Source of the DNA: an uncultured Gammaproteobacteria bacterium
GTDB lineage: Bacteria; Patescibacteriota; Patescibacteriia; Magasanikbacterales; UBA922
Direction of reading: 5' to 3'
Length of the DNA stretch: 64,000 nucleotides
NCBI GenBank assembly: GCA_964592785.1
Contig: CAZQHU010000003.1
Coordinates: 3,901-67,900, forward strand
Position numbers and translations under genes: made by a program. Shown here piece after piece: positions 62,303-64,000 of the stretch. The notes beneath the pieces were generated by a model. The model saw nothing but the letters and a program-made list of their open reading frames with translations. It was not told the DNA's origin and ran no database searches. Within the stretch, counting starts at the first letter, position 1, and each line of letters begins with the position of its first letter.

Positions 62303-64000
62303 TTAGAGACGATTTTTTATTTCATTTTGCAGACGTTCCAAAAATTTCTTTTTATCCATTTTTTCTTGTTTTTCTTGCCCGCGAATGCGTATCATCCATT
62401 CTTCACCAGTCAGTTCTTTGTCACCCACAGCCACAATGTAAGGGATCTTTTGCCCCACAGCTTTTCGTACTCGATTACCCAAAGTTTCGTCAGCATTATC
62501 CACTTCCGCCCGAATACCCAGATTTTTCAATTCTTCTTGCAACTTTTTCGCGCCTGCTGCATGCTTATCATTTGATACTGGGATGAATTGCACTTGCACT
62601 GGTGAAAGCCAAGTAGGAAAGGAACCTGCATGATGCTCGATCAAAATTGAAAGAAAACGTTCAATAGAACCCATAATGGCCGCATGAACCATAACCACTT
62701 GTTCATCTTTACCATCCTCACTAGTACAAAATAGACCAAAGTTCTTGGGCATACTCCTGTCTGCTTGAATGGTGGCTACTTGCCATTCCCGACCCAAAGA
62801 ATCTTCGGCCATAAAATCAATCTTGGGCCCATAAAAAGCTGCTTCACCAACACCTTCATAAAAATCTGCCCCGCGGGATCTAATAAAACCTCGTAATTGT
62901 TCCTCAGCTTGATCCCAAATTTTTCTATCACCCAAATATTTTTCCATATGTTCAGGGTCAGACAGAGATAATCTTATTTTTAATTTTGGAAAACCACACT
63001 TGGCATAAAATGTTTCAATAATATCCCAAATCGCAAAAAATTCTACCTGTAGTTGTGATTCGCGACAAAAAACATGAGCATCATCCTGAGTGATACAGCG
63101 CACACGTGAAAGACCATTCAACTCTCCAGTTTGCTCATCACGATAAACCATAGTAGTTTCAGCATAGCGCTGTGGCAGATCACGGTAGCTCCTATGTTCA
63201 CAAGCATAAATTTGCGTATGATGCGGGCAATTCATTGGTTTCATCGCAAACTCATGCCCTTCACGGGTATTTATTTTAAACAAATCATTGGAAAACTTGG
63301 CCCAATGCCCACTGGTTTCATATAAATCTTTTTTGGTGATATGAGGTATTGTCACTTTCTCATAACCTTTGGCATGACGCAGCTCCCAAACAAACTCATC
63401 CAAAGTATTACGAAGCAATGTTCCCTTTGGAGTCCAAAGCGGGAGCCCAGCTCCAACGAGATCAGAAAAAGTAAACAGACCCAACTCTTTTCCCAACTTT
63501 TTGTGGTCGCGCTTTTTGGCTTCTTCCAAAAAATTTAGATATTTTTCCAGTTCTTCTTTGCTCTCAAAATATACTCCATAGACTCTGGTCATCATCGGGT
63601 TCTTTTCACTACCACGCCAGTAAGCACCAGCTAAACGCATTAACTTTAACCCAGCCAAATTTAAATCCTTGGTATTCTCTACATGGGGACCACGACAAAG
63701 ATCCACAAAATCTCCAGTGCGATAAATAGACACCACCTCTACTGAATTTCCAAGATCCTGAAGTTCCTCACCAGTCATTTTGGTGGTACCACGTTTTTTT
63801 AAATCTTCCAAAAGTTCAACTTTATAAGTTTGATTGATTTTCTCAAAAAATTTTATGGCTTCAGCAATTTTCATCTCCTCACGTTCAAAGTTTAATTTCT
63901 GTTTTGCTAACTCTCTCACCTTTTTTTCTATTTTTTCCAATACTTCTTCTCCGACTTTTTCACCAAAATCTATATCATAATAAAAACCATTTTCCACAAT
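62303..64000 (-). CDS. thrS: Threonine--tRNA ligase (5' end outside the window)
   Basis: DLCRGPH, RDHKKLG, KPMNCPHH, AFYGPK, GSIERF. Confidence 0.98.
   Translation of the reverse strand: MVENGFYYDIDFGEKVGEEVLEKIEKKVRELAKQKLNFEREEMKIAEAIKFFEKINQTYKVELLEDLKKRGTTKMTGEELQDLGNSVEVVSIYRTGDFVDLCRGPHVENTKDLNLAGLKLMRLAGAYWRGSEKNPMMTRVYGVYFESKEELEKYLNFLEEAKKRDHKKLGKELGLFTFSDLVGAGLPLWTPKGTLLRNTLDEFVWELRHAKGYEKVTIPHITKKDLYETSGHWAKFSNDLFKINTREGHEFAMKPMNCPHHTQIYACEHRSYRDLPQRYAETTMVYRDEQTGELNGLSRVRCITQDDAHVFCRESQLQVEFFAIWDIIETFYAKCGFPKLKIRLSLSDPEHMEKYLGDRKIWDQAEEQLRGFIRSRGADFYEGVGEAAFYGPKIDFMAEDSLGREWQVATIQADRSMPKNFGLFCTSEDGKDEQVVMVHAAIMGSIERFLSILIEHHAGSFPTWLSPVQVQFIPVSNDKHAAGAKKLQEELKNLGIRAEVDNADETLGNRVRKAVGQKIPYIVAVGDKELTGEEWMIRIRGQEKQEKMDKKKFLERLQNEIKNRL

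Overview
AT-rich bacterial chromosome segment in the standard genetic code (TGA is used as a stop). Gene content and style suggest a Patescibacteria/CPR genome, probably Parcubacteria-ABY1 and Magasanikbacteria-like; this is inference from the SD-less core genes, giant Cys-rich secreted protein, TrmB-like regulator and DUF3048/DUF4015 proteins. Most of the window is housekeeping: rsmA, tsaC, prfB, groESL with CIRCE, yidC, nusA, trpS, rnj, tRNA-Leu, secG, rpmE, prfA, prmC, rplY, rodA, gyrB, secE-nusG-rplK, ldh, rplA, a dTMP/dTTP operon, gatB, miaAB and thrS. Three non-obvious layers sit on this backbone. (1) A four-helix-bundle (PF05635/Avd-like) gene is framed by inverted arrays of degenerate 8-mers; many gene-less inverted 7/8/9-mer arrays occur elsewhere, and many arrays are translated in-frame inside essential proteins. 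(2) A DUF559 endonuclease gene is bracketed by inverted hairpin arms, and an empty copy of the same element occurs 17 kb away; several other REP-like palindrome families nest in each other and are translated inside RsmA, PrmC, GatB, NusA and TrpR. (3) GC-rich, Shine-Dalgarno-led orphan gene cassettes with unrelated ORFs share modular 3' RNA motifs. Also notable are a TrpR operator plus trpL attenuator ahead of a lone trpB-trpS, a candidate ~290-nt structured ncRNA, a degenerate pyruvate kinase and a JAB-like orphan. All calls are by eye; no database searches were run.
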